This document shows positions 24,590-37,660 of a DNA stretch of 64,000 nt, one piece after another (position 1 is the first letter of the stretch; each line of letters starts with the position of its first letter). The position numbers and the translations under genes were made by a program. The notes below the pieces were generated by a model. The model was not told where the DNA came from. It made no database searches and saw only the letters and a list, made by a program, of their open reading frames with translations. Origin of the DNA: Mobula birostris (Eukaryota); assembly GCF_030028105.1 (NCBI RefSeq), contig NC_092370.1, forward strand, positions 242,836,005-242,900,004, written 5' to 3'.

Positions 24590-24880
24590 GGAGATCTACT
24601 CTGGTGAAGGAGCCTTGCCCTCTCTACTTTAAACTTCAAGGATCATGAACTTAACTGATCAAATGGCACAAATACAAAAGATCAGTTTCTTTTTTCTACC
24701 ATCTACAGCATCTCTCAATCAATGTCATAAAAATAAAATGTAAATTGTTTTGCTGTCCGATGGAAACTTGCTGTGTGTACGTTGCCATGGCAACAATGCC
24801 ATCTCTCCAAAAGTACTTCACTGGCTGTAAGATATGTTGGGATGAGCTGAGGCCGTGGAAGGTGCTATGTCAATTCAAGC
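24590..24880 (+). mobile_element. Ancient DeuSINE (SacSINE/AmnSINE-like) relic
   Basis: cttgctgtgtg...caaaagtacttcactggctgtaa..gggatgagctgaggccgtggaaggtgctat resembles the Deu domain and L2-derived tail. Confidence 0.6.
24781..24794. promoter_or_regulatory. Perfect palindromic RFX X-box GTTGCCATGGCAAC
   Basis: Exact match to the canonical RFX consensus; function untested. Confidence 0.45.
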
Positions 24881-25244
24881 CTTTGCTTTTATTATTCATT
24901 CCAGGAGCTATTAAAATGAAACTGCCGAAAACTAGAACAAAAGGCAATAATTAACATTCCAGCACTATAAAGAGATTTCCTCAGCCTAGGGCCATAGAGC
25001 ATCAGTGCCAGGCGCAAGGCAACATTTTACAGAATTCTTTTCTGCTCCAATTTCCACCCCTCCAGCTTCTCAAAATGGCTGATTCTCTGCAACTGTCTGG
25101 TAGTCCAGATCTCACAGGCCACACCTTACTCAAAAAAAATCATTCTTTCCTGTTAACTAGAGTTATTTTAAAAGTTGTATCTCAACCCTTCTCCTTAGAT
25201 TAAGATGTCTACCGTTAACTTTACTTCTATATTCCTCTCTGCTT

Positions 25245-25760
25245 CAGAGATCTCTGATTGGGACACCGACACAGTGAATGCATGCAGCCTTTCTCTCCAG
25301 AGAAAGGGAATCAAAAACTAGAGGGTATAGGTCTAAGTTGAGGAGAAAAGATTTGAAAGGAACCTGGGGGGCAACTTCCCGCACAAAGGGTAATGTGTGT
25401 GTATGGTACGAACTGACAGGAGAAGTGGGTGAGGGAGGCAGAATAACAATAGATTCTGCAGGTGCTGGAAATCCAGTGCAACACACACAAAATGCTGGAG
25501 GAACTCAGCAGGATGGGCAGCATCCATGGAACAGAACATAAGCAGTCAACGTTTCGGACCAAGACCCTTCAGCAGGACTGGAAAGGAAGGGGATAGGGGA
25601 AGCAGCCAGAATCTGGCTTCAATAACAACATTTAAAAGACACGGACAGGTACACGGATGGGAAAGGTTTAGCGAGATACAAGCCAAATGCAGGCATCTTG
25701 GTTGGCATGGAGGATGCTGGTCGAAAGGATTGGTTCTGTGCTATATTGCTCTATTTCTCT
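25245..25760 (+). mobile_element. CR1 3' end with a Penelope pLTR fragment inserted (about 25450-25600, minus strand)
   Basis: ESKTRGYRSKLR motif; insert carries a degenerate hammerhead (CUGCUGA..GAAACGUU). Confidence 0.7.
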
Positions 25761-25949
25761 ACTAACTTTCTTTCTATCTCCTCCTTTGATCCAAGTATTT
25801 CCATCAGACTTTACTTCCATCTCTCCTAAAGCTCTGTTATTTACTCTTCCTTTTTCACCTACTATCAGCATTTCCTTCAGTTTACCCATGCCTCAGTTTA
25901 GGATCCAGCATTGCTAGCAACTCTCCTATTTAACTCTAGCCTAATCATA

Positions 25950-26350
25950 GGCACTGGCGCCTTAAAACCATTTGCTTCGGACAGGTGGGGCTCATCAGCC
26001 GTGGTCAGCAACTCATCTAGGAGAAGGAAAATTCTCATCCCAAACCTTGGCTGCTCGGTGGCTATGGCCACTCATGGGGAAGGCTTCAGGAGTAAACCAC
26101 AAAGAAAATTCTGGAGCTGGAGTCCTTAAGGTAGTCCTAAGTTGAGTTCAACGCTGACTGGCAACCCCAGCAACACCGACGATGCCAAACGGTTTCAGTC
26201 TCTGCCGTCCCTTTGGATTCATCAGCTGCATGGAAAGGGGGAGTCTGCTACTTGGGCAACAGATTGCTCTCCATATCAAACTGCCCTGGCTTGTGTATCA
26301 TGTGGACAGCTGGGACGCACCATCCTTGGTTGACCCAACCAATAAAAGGC
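25950..26350 (+). mobile_element. RTE-type non-autonomous element, family C
   Basis: RTE 5'-like caactcatctaggagaaggaaaa motif; inserted into the 3' part of a V-SINE. Confidence 0.45.
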
Positions 26351-26359
26351 CTCAGTCAC

Positions 26360-26565
26360 AGAACAATTTACAATGACCAATTAACCCTCTAACTGGTACT
26401 TCTTTGGACTGTAGGAGGGAATTGGAGCACCTGGACTGGAGTAAACCCACATGTTCATGGGAAGAATATACAAACTTTATAATGGAGGACACTGGAATTG
26501 AACTCCGAACTCCGACGCCCAAGCTGTAATAATATGCCAACCGTTACTCTACTGTGGCATCCCCT
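26360..26565 (-). mobile_element. V-domain SINE
   Basis: B-box GAGTTCAATTCC and V body. Confidence 0.7.
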
Positions 26566-27825
26566 TGTTCAACACCTGAGGGGAGTAATAGCTTGGGTAT
26601 AGTTTCGTATCCCAATGACACCAGATCTTACCACCTGTAAGCTGAAAAAAGTACCTAAAATAATATTAATAGAATTCACTGTAGGGCACAGTTTTCATTT
26701 TATTTTCAATCCCAACCACCTTAGTTAATGTGATTTTTATCACTGTCATACAGTTGGCCTCACTTGAGAGAAATGTTAGAGTCTCACGTCAAGTCTCACA
26801 TTAAAAATAATTCACATTGAATTTTTATCTGAAAACCATGGTGTTCATGGTGTGATTACTAAGTTATGCTATGAAGCTCCAGCACAGTGTAAGTTGTTTT
26901 ATTTGCACAGCTCACAATGGTAGATTCATAAAGTACATTGGCATAAATTTGCTGCCGTGGGCAATCGAATTACAATGCATGCTTGCAAATGAATTGCACA
27001 ATGCATTGCAAAGGAACTGCATAGAATGCAAGTGTGTGGCAATGCTTTGCACAGTGCATTGGAATGGTCTTGCACAATGTATTGCGAAGAAGTTGCATTG
27101 TATGTGGGTGTACACGAATAATTTGCACAGCACATTCAATAATTTTGCACAGTGCATTATAAAAGTTTGATATGGTGTTAACTGAATAGATTTAGCTTTG
27201 CATTATCTGTCTCACTGGATTTGTTAGGTACAATTCACTGGAGATTGCATTATGATTTTTATTGGATTTCTTTGGGTGGGATGTTTCATTGAAGTCCTAT
27301 AGAGCATTTATTAGACCTGCATATTGCCTGTCATTGCATTTTCATGGTGTATTTAATTGAATTTGGACTGGGACATTTCATTGGATTTTCCTGATGATTT
27401 CTACTGCAAACATATGGTGCATTTCCTTCAACACAGCATGCTGTATTTGGGATATGCATATGTTGACACTTGCAAGTTATGGTTTATTAGATTGTATTAT
27501 GTTCTTTATTAGTTGTATTTCATGGAATTTGTGCTAGTCATTCCATCACATGTGTAAATTTGGATTTGTCCGATGCAGTTCAATGAAATGAAGAGATGTA
27601 ATGCTTCAGGTTGAAGACTTTTCATCCTAATTTGAAGTTAAGTGTTTAAAATAGAGTTTCTTGTACTCAGTATTGAGAGAGCGTGCAGACCACACCAGTA
27701 CACCAGCATGCAGGATATTGATATTTATTGATAACTCTTCTTGTACAGGATGTGAGCTCCTCCTATGTGGGAGTGGCTAACTGAGTGGTACAAGGATAAC
27801 ACTATTAACTACCAGAATAGAAACA

Positions 27826-28117
27826 GGGGCACGTGGCCAAGTGGTTAAGGCATTCGACTAGCGATCTGAAGGTCGTGGGTTCAAGCCCCAGCTGAGGCAG
27901 CGTGTTGTGTCCTCGAGCAAGGCACTTAATCACACATTGCTCTGCAACGACACTGGGTCCTAATGCCCTTCCCTTGGACAACATCGGTGCCATGGAGAGG
28001 GGAGACTTGCAGCATGGGCAACTGCCAGTCTTCCATACAACCTTGCCCAGGCCTGTGCCCTGGAGAGTGAAGATTTTCCAGGCACAGATCCATGGTCTCG
28101 CAAGGCTAACGGATGCT
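27826..28117 (+). mobile_element. Full-length tRNA-derived SINE with CORE-like central motif
   Basis: A box TGGCCAAGTGG, B box GGTTCAAGCCC, then gtcctcgagcaaggcacttaa; 3' half identical in family to 16179-16343. Confidence 0.85.
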
Positions 28118-28410
28118 TAGAAACAGGCACTTCAGCTCATCTAGCTTGTGCCAAACTATTAATCTGCATAGTCCCATCGAGTTGCACACAGACCACAGCC
28201 CTCCAAATCCCTCCCATCCATGTACTCTTGCAAATTTTTCTTGAATGTTGAAATCAAATTCACATCCACTACTTCCAGTGGCAGCTCGTTCCACACTCTC
28301 ACCACCCTCCGAATCAAGAAGTTCCCTTTCATGCTCCCCCTAATTTTTTCACCTTTCACCCTTAATTCATGACCTCTAGTTCAAGTCTCACTGAACCTTA
28401 ATGGAAAAAG
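28118..28410 (-). mobile_element. CR1 3' end
   Basis: KGNFLIRRVVRVWNELP. Confidence 0.8.
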
Positions 28411-28789
28411 CCCGACACAAGATAAATTATTTAGAGTTCCAGGCCCTTCCACCCCAGCAAGCTCAAACTGCCCAATTACACCCACATCAGCAATAAACCT
28501 ACTAACCCGTGTCGTTTGAATCTGCGAGTTAATTGGAGCACCGAGAGGAAAGCCATGTGGTCATATATACAAACTCCTTACTGGTAATGGTGGAATTGAG
28601 CAAGGGTTGATGGTGCAGTAATAACACTACACCAACTGCTACATTATCATGCCACCCTTAATGTTGGGAGAGGAACACAAACAGGAGGTACGTGTCTTTG
28701 ATAGGATGGAAGACAGTAAAGATTAAAGGACAGGAGTGACAGTGCAAGGTCAATGCATGTTTTTAAAAAAAGGCAAAATATTATCTTTA

Positions 28790-29520
28790 GGAGATCTCGG
28801 TGAATGGACTGTGAATGCTGCAATGCCACATTCAAGTTTGCTGATTGTCATAGGCCGATCAAGGGTGTTGATGAATCAGCGTACGGAAGGGAGACTGAAA
28901 ATCTGGCTGAGTGGTGCCACAACAGCAATCTCTTACTCAATGTCAGCAAGACCAAGGAGCTGATTACTGAACTCAGGAGGAAGGAAACCGGAAGTCCATC
29001 AGCCATGGGAGGATAAGAGGTGGTGAGGTCAGCAGCTCTAAATTCCTCAGTGTTTTCATTTCAGAGATCCCCTCCTGGGTTTGGCACATAAGTGCAACTA
29101 CAGAGAAAGTGTGGCAACACGTCTACTTCTTTAGGAGATTGTGAAGATTGGGTGTGACCTCTAAAAATTTAACCAGCTTCTATAGATGGGTGGTGCAGAG
29201 TACATTAACTGGCCTCATCAGAGCCTGGTATGGAAACACCAATGCCCTTGAACAGAAAATCCTACAAAAATAATGGGTACAGCCCAGTCCATTACCTGTG
29301 ATCTACATGGAGTGTTGTCACAGGAAAGCAGCATTCATCACCGCCCAGGACATGCTCCCTTCTTGCTGCTGTCATCAGGAAGAAGGTACAGGATCCTCAG
29401 GATTCACACCACCAGGTTAAGGAACAGGTATTACCCCTCAACCATGAGACTTTGGAACCAAAGAGGAAAAACTTCACCTAACTTCACTTGCCCCAACATT
29501 GAAATGCCCCACAACCTATA
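28790..29520 (+). mobile_element. Rex1/Babar LINE RT fragment
   Basis: FKFAD..DESAYGRETENLAEWCHNSNLLLNVSKTKELI; LSSGRRYRILRIHTTRLRNRYYP. Confidence 0.85.
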
Positions 29521-30023
29521 ACCTCTAAAACCTCTAGTGTTTGATTCTCTTTATCTGGGAAAAAGACTGTGTACATACACTCTATCTATGCCCTCCATCC
29601 ATTTATAGACCCCTATAATGTCAGTGCTCAATTTCCTATGCTACAAGAATAAAGTCCTTGTTGGCCAGACACCTCCCTGTAGCTCAACATCTTGAGTCCT
29701 GGCAGAATCCTTATGAATTTTATTTTCTCTCTTTCCAGCTTAATGATATCTTTCCAACATCAGAGAAAACAAACTGACTGCAAATCTCCAGGTGTGGCCT
29801 CAGCATCTTGTACTTGGAGCTTCTACGTCCCGCTCTACAGGAGCCCCATTGCCCAGCATGTGCCCCCTGCTCATTGCTACCATCAAGGAGGAATTACAGG
29901 AGTCTGCATGTTTCAGGAACAGCTTCTTCCCCTCTGCCGTCAGATTTCTGAAAGGACAATGAACCCATCTACTCTACCTCACTACTTTTTTCTGTTTCCT
30001 TGATCTCTTTTTGCACTACCTCC

Positions 30024-30722
30024 AATCCTTCCAGGTGAGGTGACGCTTCACCTGTGAGCTTGTTGGGGCTACCTACTGTAATTGGTGCTCCTAATGTGGC
30101 CTTCTGTATATCGGCGAGACCCAACGTAGATTGGGAGTCCACTTCGCCGAGCACCTCCACTCCGTCCGCCAGAGAAATCAGGATCTCCCAGAGGACACCC
30201 ATTTTAATTCCACTTCCCTTTACCATTTTGACATGTCAGTCCATGGCCTCCTCTGCTGTCACAATGAGGCCTCACTCAGGTTGGAGGAGTGATACCTTAT
30301 ATTCCGTCTGGGTAGCCTCCAACCTGATGGCATGAACGTTGATTTCTCGAACTTCCGGTAATGTCTCCACATCCTTTACCATTCTCCATTCCCATTTCCT
30401 GCTCTCACCTTATCTCCTTACCTGCCCATCAGCTTCCTCTGGTGCTCCTCCCCTTTTTCTTTCTTCCATGCCCTTCTGTCCTCTCCTATTAGATTCCCCC
30501 TTCTCCAGCCCTGTATCTCTTTCACTAATCAACTTTCCACTCTTTACTTCACCCCTCCTGGTTTTACCTATCACCTTGTGTCTCTTCCTCCCCTCCCCTC
30601 CCCCAGCTTCTTACTCTGACTCCTCTTAATTTCTTCAGTCCTGACGAAGGGTCTCAGCCCGAAACACCGACTATACTCTTTTCCATAGATGCTACCTGGC
30701 CTCCAACATTTTGTGTGTGTTG
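30024..30722 (+). mobile_element. Penelope-like element: GIY-YIG remnant and pLTR
   Basis: Homologous to 48598-49360; hammerhead core at 30636-30672 with a mutated cleavage triplet (GAAACACC). Confidence 0.85.
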
Positions 30723-31059
30723 CATCCATTCCAGTACATCGGGAGGGAGGTACAGGAGTCTGAAGACACACTCAGTGTTTTAGGAACAGCTTCTTCCCCT
30801 CTGTCATCAAATTTCTGTGTGGTCCATACACTACCTCACTATTTGCTTTTGGTTCTTGTTCTGCACTAGTTGTTTAATTTATTTTTGTACATATTTCTTA
30901 CTGTAATTTATAGTATATTTTAGTTATTTGCACTGTCTTGCTATCCCAGAACAATAAATTTCGTGACATTTGTGCAAGATAATAAATGTGATGCTGATTC
31001 AGATTCGGTGGTGAAACTTTACGATGACGATTCGATGATCCATTGCAGAAGTAGGCCAG

Positions 31060-31262
31060 TGCTTCCTGACCGAAGCTTCTGCCTCTCCAGTGAAATATTA
31101 AACTCAACCCTGCCTGCTCGGTCATGATGTGGAGACAGTGGAGTTCATGCATCGTTGCAAACGAAAGGCAGAAGAGTTTAACCCCAATACTTAAAATGAT
31201 AAAATCTGATTAGCTGGTCAATACTGGACTACTGTAGTGGGACCTTGCGGTGCACAGTCTGG
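31060..31262 (+). mobile_element. Highly diverged DeuSINE-like relic
   Basis: gattagctggtca..ctgtagtgggaccttgcggtgcaca resembles the Deu-domain core. Confidence 0.4.
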
Positions 31263-33084
31263 ATAGTAAGGAGGATATGAAGTGCTCGTGAAAGGGCAGA
31301 GGTTGGTTGGGCGAGTGGGATGGAATGCATTCACATAGGAAGGATTGCTTACTTTTATTTAGACTGTCACAGTCGCAAGACAAGCAGCTCCTCGTCTGGG
31401 ACTGAAGGGTGAAGAAATTCCTTAGCCCGAGGGCTCTGGATGTCTTATCCCAGGGGCTTACTGATCCCTGATGACTGGGAATACTGAAAGCTGAGTTCAG
31501 TGAAGTTTTGGACATTGGAAAAAACATGACAATGTCCATGGATGGAAATTGGGATGTGTGGCACAGCCTTGGCTATGGTCTTACTGAGTGGTGAAGAGAG
31601 TATGAGGGGCAGGCTTCCCGCTCGTGCTCCTTTTTAAAACTCTTTACAATGGATGTGGAAGCCATGATATGAACTCTTCTTTAAGCAGGACTTGCACATT
31701 CAATGGAAATATCATTTCAACATTGATTCTTGTAATCCTGCAGAATTGCACTGGTCTCCTGCCATAAAGGCAGTGGAAAGTTGGATGGCTATTCCAGGAA
31801 ACATCATTTCCAGATGTTAATTTGGTTTCCCTGGGGGCTCATGGAGAAAGATCAGTGGAAACCTCATGGAATTTCAAATCTAAAACCTCATGCCTCAAAT
31901 GTAAAGCGGCAATTGAATCAGAACAATGCACAATGTAAATCCTTTACAACTACGAAAAAGCACCAAAATGCACTTAGGCTATCTTTTAGAAGTGGCCAAA
32001 TACAACCCAAAGGGTAAACCACACAAATTCAAGATTGTTCAATGTACACAAGCGTAAAGGAGAATGAAACAATTGCTACTCTGGATCCAACGCAGCACAA
32101 AAAAAATGATAAAGAATACAATAATAATAAAAGCACAATAAATATAAATACATAAAATAGTTTGCATATACAGATTGATTGTATGTCCATAAAGTGACGC
32201 TAGGCACAGGAGTGTCTGTGCGTAAGGTGACTGACAGGAAGTGATAAAGTAGTGGTCGTGTGGGTTGTTCTGGGGTGGGTTACTGGGAGTGTTGATAAAG
32301 TGCAGTGAACATGCCAGTTAGGACCAATAGAATTTAAGACACCATGAATTAAATTGCAATGCTCAAATCTGATAACATGCAATGTAATAATCTAATGAAA
32401 CACACCATACAAATTGAACAAAACATGATGCAATATACAGTAAAGCACACCATGCAGACCTAATCAAATACAGTGTACAAATCTAACTAAATGCACCATA
32501 CAAATCCCATGAAATTCTCCATATAAGCCCACTGAAACATACCGCACAAGTTTTAAAAAATCCACATTTGAACCATATGAAAAAAGTGTTGGCAGTTCTA
32601 GGAATGGACAGCACACATGTGCCCTGTTGATGATACAAATCTTATTAATATAGATAAAGAAAGAGACCGTGAACAACCAATAAAAGAAACTGCATAAATA
32701 TAATGAAAAAGGGGATAGAAACTCCATGAAAAGCTGCATGCAATTTCAATACAGAGATCAAATCAAATATGATTTATAAATCTAATGGAACACAGTGAAT
32801 AATCAAGTCCTTATGCAATGTGCTTTGCCTTTTCTACTGCAATGATGAGGCCACTCTCAGGGTGAAGGAGAAACACCACCCAGGCTCATACCACCAGATT
32901 CAGGAACAGTTACTACCCCGCAACTATCAAGCTCTTGAGCCAGAAGGGAAAACTTCACTCAACTTTACTCGCCCCATTACTGAATAGTTCCCACAACCTA
33001 CGGACTCACTTTCAAGGACTCCTCATCTCATGTTCTCAATATTTATTGCTATTTATTTATTATTATTTTTATTTTTATTTTTTT

Positions 33085-33960
33085 CTAGGCTCAAGCTAGT
33101 AAAACCTGAGGTACAAGCTTGGCCAAGCACACACATTTCTCAATTGCTAGGAACTTTTGGACTGTTCTAGTGGTGTTTAGTATTGTGGCTTTCTGGAGAT
33201 TTATATAAATATTCCTGTGTAGACCTAATTGTTTGATGATTTTGCGTAGTGATTTTGGGATGATACTAGTTGTAGATATTACTATTGGGAGAATGTATAC
33301 CCTGTTCATGTTCCATAGTCTTTCAATTTTCTCTTTTAATTTAGCATATTTCTGGTGTTTTTCACTTTTCAGTTTCTATGTTTTGATTGTTTGGAATGGC
33401 TATATCTATTAAGTAAGTTGTTCTCATTTGATTGTGCCTGTGTAAGTAATCAGATTGAGTTAAACTGCTGCAGGATCCCATAATGTGTTGGATGGTTTCT
33501 GGTTCCTCTTGGCATTTTCTATATTTACAATCTTGAAATTGTTGATCTTTTATTATGCATTTTTGATAATTTTTTGTGTTAATCACCTGGTCCTGTATTC
33601 TCACAAGGTACCCCTCTGTTTCTGGGAAGAAGTCTCCCCCTCTGAGCGAGGGATTTGACGCTTCCTTGTCAATATCTAGTCAGCTCAGATCATGGGGATG
33701 TCTTCCATGGTGGGTCATGCTCTTCCAGTTTCTCTATTGTGTTAATTTTTTTCATCTTTCTGGGTTGTGCCTTCATTTAAGTTTAGTGACGTGCACATCT
33801 TATCAGAATTGTATGTGCTTGCATTTAGTGCTGAATCCTGATTTCATAGATGGAAATGTATCCTTAGCAGTTGTCCTGCATTAACTGGGTGTAATTTTTT
33901 TTTGTCTGTTATTCCTCTTCCTCCTTCTGTCCTTGGTAGTGTTAATCTAACTGCATTTGA
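33085..33960 (-). mobile_element. R4/Dong-clade LINE 3' fragment (CCHC knuckle and restriction-like endonuclease)
   Basis: IQDQVINTKNY..RKCQEEPETIQHIMGSC..YLHRHNQ..YLIDIAIP; LWNMNRVYILPIVIST..LQKATIL; 3' end abuts an A/TAA-rich tract. Confidence 0.8.
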
Positions 33961-34324
33961 ACGTACATAGTGTTTTCAAAGGGGATAACCTCACTTAACT
34001 TCACTCGCTCCATCACTGAAATGTTCCCACAATCTATAGACTTATTTTCAAGGACTCTTCAACTCATCTTCCTGATGTATATTTCTTATTTCTTCTTATT
34101 ATTATTTATTTTTTCTTTCTTTTTGTATTTTCACAGTTTGCTGTCTTTTGCACAATGGTTGACCACACTTTTGGTGGGGTCTTTCATTGATTCTACCATG
34201 GTTATTGAATTTACTGAGTATTCCCTCAAGAAAATGAATCTCAGAGTTCTATATAGTGACGTGTGTGTGTGTATATATACATATATACTTTGATAATAAA
34301 TTTACTTGAAATTTTAAACTTTGA

Positions 34325-34835
34325 ACACATATTCCATCTGGGTAGCCTCTAACTTGATAGGATGAACATCAACTTTTCCAACTTCCAGTAATTTTTTTCT
34401 TCCTTCCCCCTTCTGTCTTCTTCAATTCCACATTCTGGCTCCCCTCTTACCTCTTCTCTTTTGCTCACCTGCTTGTCATCTGCCCCTGTTGGCCCTCCTC
34501 CTTCCCTTTCTTCCATGATCCACTCTCCTCCCCTATTAGATTCTTCCTTCTATAGCTCTTTACCTTTTCCACCAATCAGTTGCTATCCTCGTACTTTATC
34601 ACCACTCCACCCTCAGCTGGCTTTACATATCACCTTCTACCTTTTCCTCCTTCCCTTCTCCTCACCTTCTTATCCTGGCTTCTTCCCCCTTCCTTTCCAG
34701 TCCTGATGCAAGATCTCAGCCCAAAACACCAACTGTTTACTCCTTTCCATAGATGCTGCCTGACCTGCTGAGTTCCATTGCTATTTAGTACACATTGCTC
34801 TGGATTTCCAGCATGTGTGGAATCTCTCTTGTGTA
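34325..34835 (+). mobile_element. Penelope-like pLTR fragment
   Basis: ctgggtagcct..atgaacatc start; pyrimidine-rich body; degenerate hammerhead at about 34698-34735. Confidence 0.75.
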
Positions 34836-34914
34836 TGCTATGCACAATCTTCAATAACCATCACATAAAGCCAGTAAAGTAAACTGCAGAAACTATCACA
34901 GTACAAATTACAAG

Positions 34915-35490
34915 AAAGGTCCAGGTATGATCTCCGGAAAGCTGTCTCATAGGTGAAGTGGCAATTCTGCACTAAACTTGAATCAATGATGGATGCTCAA
35001 CAGCTACGGCAGGCCTTGAAAGTTATCACCTCTTACAAAGTGAAAGCAAGTACACAGATGTCAACAGGACTTCACTTCCAGATGAGCTCAATGCTTACTA
35101 TGCTTGCTTTGATGATCAAAACATAACTGAAGCATCACAAACTCCTACAGCCCCCAATAACCCTGTGATTTCAGTCTCAGGCCAACGTGTGAGCAAACTT
35201 CAGGAGGGTGAACTCATGGAAAGCATCCGGCCCAGATGGGGTACTTGGCCGAGAACTAAAGACCTGCGCTGATCAGCTGACTGGAATGTTCACTGAGATA
35301 TTTAACCTCTTGCTTTGGTAGACTGAGATACCTGCCTGCTTCAAGCAGCTTTCACTTATACCGGTGCCTAAGGAAAACATGGTGACATGCCTTAACGACT
35401 AGTGTCCAGTGACACTTACAGTACTTATATCCATAGTGATGGTGTTTTGAGAGGTTGGTGATGAAACATATCAACTCCTGTCTGAGAAGA
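34915..35490 (+). mobile_element. Rex1/Babar LINE pre-RT/RT fragment
   Basis: SLPDELNAYYACF; [30 protein letters not shown]. Confidence 0.85.
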
Positions 35491-36507
35491 ATCAAGGATG
35501 AGAAGAATCGAGGATCAGATTCCTCCGGTTCACATATGTGATGAAGGACCGCAACCCAAAATGTCGACTATGTAGTACATTTACAATTCTGTCGTAAGTT
35601 AGTTGAAATATTTATTTCTACCATTTGAGGTCACTAGCTCACTATTATACAATAGCAAATGTTTGCCACCCTTTGGCAAAAGTTGGTAGTGCACTAGATA
35701 GCATTCATACTGTGAAACCAATCTTCAAAGTTCAAAGTAAATTCATTACCAAACTACATACAGTATATGTCATCATGTACTACCTGAGATTCATTTTCTT
35801 GCGGGTATTCACAGTCAATGCAAAGAAACAGAAAAGAACCAATGGAAAGGTGAACGCAATATGATGGGCAACCAATGTGAAAAAGACTGCAAACTTTGCA
35901 AATAAAAAGAGATAAATAATAATAATAATAATAATAAATAAGTAAACAACAAATACTGAGAACATGAGACAAAGAGTTCTTCAGAGTGAGTCCATAGGTT
36001 GTGGGAACAATTCAGTGTTAGAGTGAGTGAAGTTATCCCCTCTGGTTCTACATTAATAGTTTAGTGAAGAGAAAATAATATTGCTTCTTCTCTTGACTTT
36101 ATTAGAAATGTAGAAAGACAATCAGTTAGTAACTAAACATTTCTTATAGTTTATTAATAATTGTTAATTCTTAATTCAGTTCTAGAAATAAGATATCAAA
36201 TTGGTGCATCTCATGCACAGCGGACTCAAGTAACAATATTCTATTCCTGGGCTGTGAGTCTGCCTGAAAGACAGGGGCCTGAGTAATAATTCAGGACCAG
36301 ACCCTTGACCGTATCTCCCTTTCCTTTTTGCCTTCTCCAATCCATAACCCCTATTGAGATTGGGACACAAGCTTACATCTTATCACTCAGCCACTTCTAA
36401 TCAGATCCTCCCTCACCTCTCCCACACCTTCTCCATCTTGTGCAGTAGAGTGGCCGTCGTAGGCATGCTAGATCAAAGACTGCACAAGCTTCTGATTCAA
36501 TGAGAAA

Positions 36508-36750
36508 TGATGTGTATTTAATCTTACAGTAATGTTTGAGTACTTTTGTAAATATGTTGTTATTTAAGCATTCTTGTTCATTTAAATAACTCACTACAGC
36601 TTATATGTAAAAATGCGTGAATTGCATATGGCATTCCAGTATCACGTGGTATGCACATACCTCGCTTAAAGTAAAGAGCAAACTATGACTCACATCTCTC
36701 ATTTCCTTGTTCTTCTAACTAGTTTAATGTTTTGAAGTTACAAAGCAAGA
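36508..36750. mobile_element. Possible solo LTR
   Basis: TG start and LTR-like composition; no partner or clean CA end seen. Confidence 0.25.
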
Positions 36751-37439
36751 AGAATCACCCCAAATTATCTCTTTAAACACCAACAAAAATGCAAAGGAAG
36801 AAATCTTAACTCTTATTCTCTTAAATAGACTCTTCCAGTACAGCATCTGAGTACCATGTATATTGCATTGCACACAGAATTTTTACTCTCTAACCAATGC
36901 AAGACAAAATAAATGGATACCTTCAGAAATTTTCATGGAACTTTGGTTTTTATTTTTATGATCTATATTCAAATAATGCTGCTTGGCATCCATAATAAAT
37001 ACTCATGTGAGATTACTATTAAAATCGATTGGATTAAATAAATGGGGGAAACCCACATAATTACCATGGTCTTTTACTGACATCTGCTGGTCAAGAAAGA
37101 AAACTACAGCTTACACATTTGAATCACATTTAGTTCAGAAAGCTCAAAGTAAATTTATTATCAAAGTACATATATGTTACATATACTACCTTGAAATTAA
37201 TTTTTTTGCAAACATTTACAGGAAAAGTGAAAACACAGAATTTACAAAACACTATACATAAACGCAGACTGGCAAACAACCAATGTGCAAAAGAAGACTA
37301 ATTATGCAAATACTGGTAACTTGTGTTGCAAAATGTCCTTGAAAGTGAATCTGTAGATTGTAGAATGAGTACTGAGTAGCTATGATTGAAGCTATCTATG
37401 CCGATTAAGAAGTTTGGTGGTTGTAGGAAAATAAAACCT

Positions 37440-37660
37440 CTCGCCACTGACTGTAAGGAGTTTGTATGCTCTCCATGTGACTGTGTGGATTTCCTCTGGG
37501 TGCTCTGGTTTCTTCCCACAATCCAATGACGTACTGGTTGGTAATTGGTCATTGTAGGTTGTCGCTTGATTAGGCTAGTGTTAAATTGGGGGCTGCTGGG
37601 AGGCACGGTTCGAAGGTCGGGAAGGGCCTGTTCCGCACTGTATCTCAATAAATAAAAATA
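37440..37660 (+). mobile_element. V-domain SINE (5'-truncated)
   Basis: V domain and aataaa-rich tail. Confidence 0.75.

Noticed and set aside
27826-27900. tRNA-like sequence with A and B boxes
   Set aside because: No proper acceptor-stem pairing, and it continues directly into a repeated SINE body, so it is a SINE head rather than a tRNA gene.
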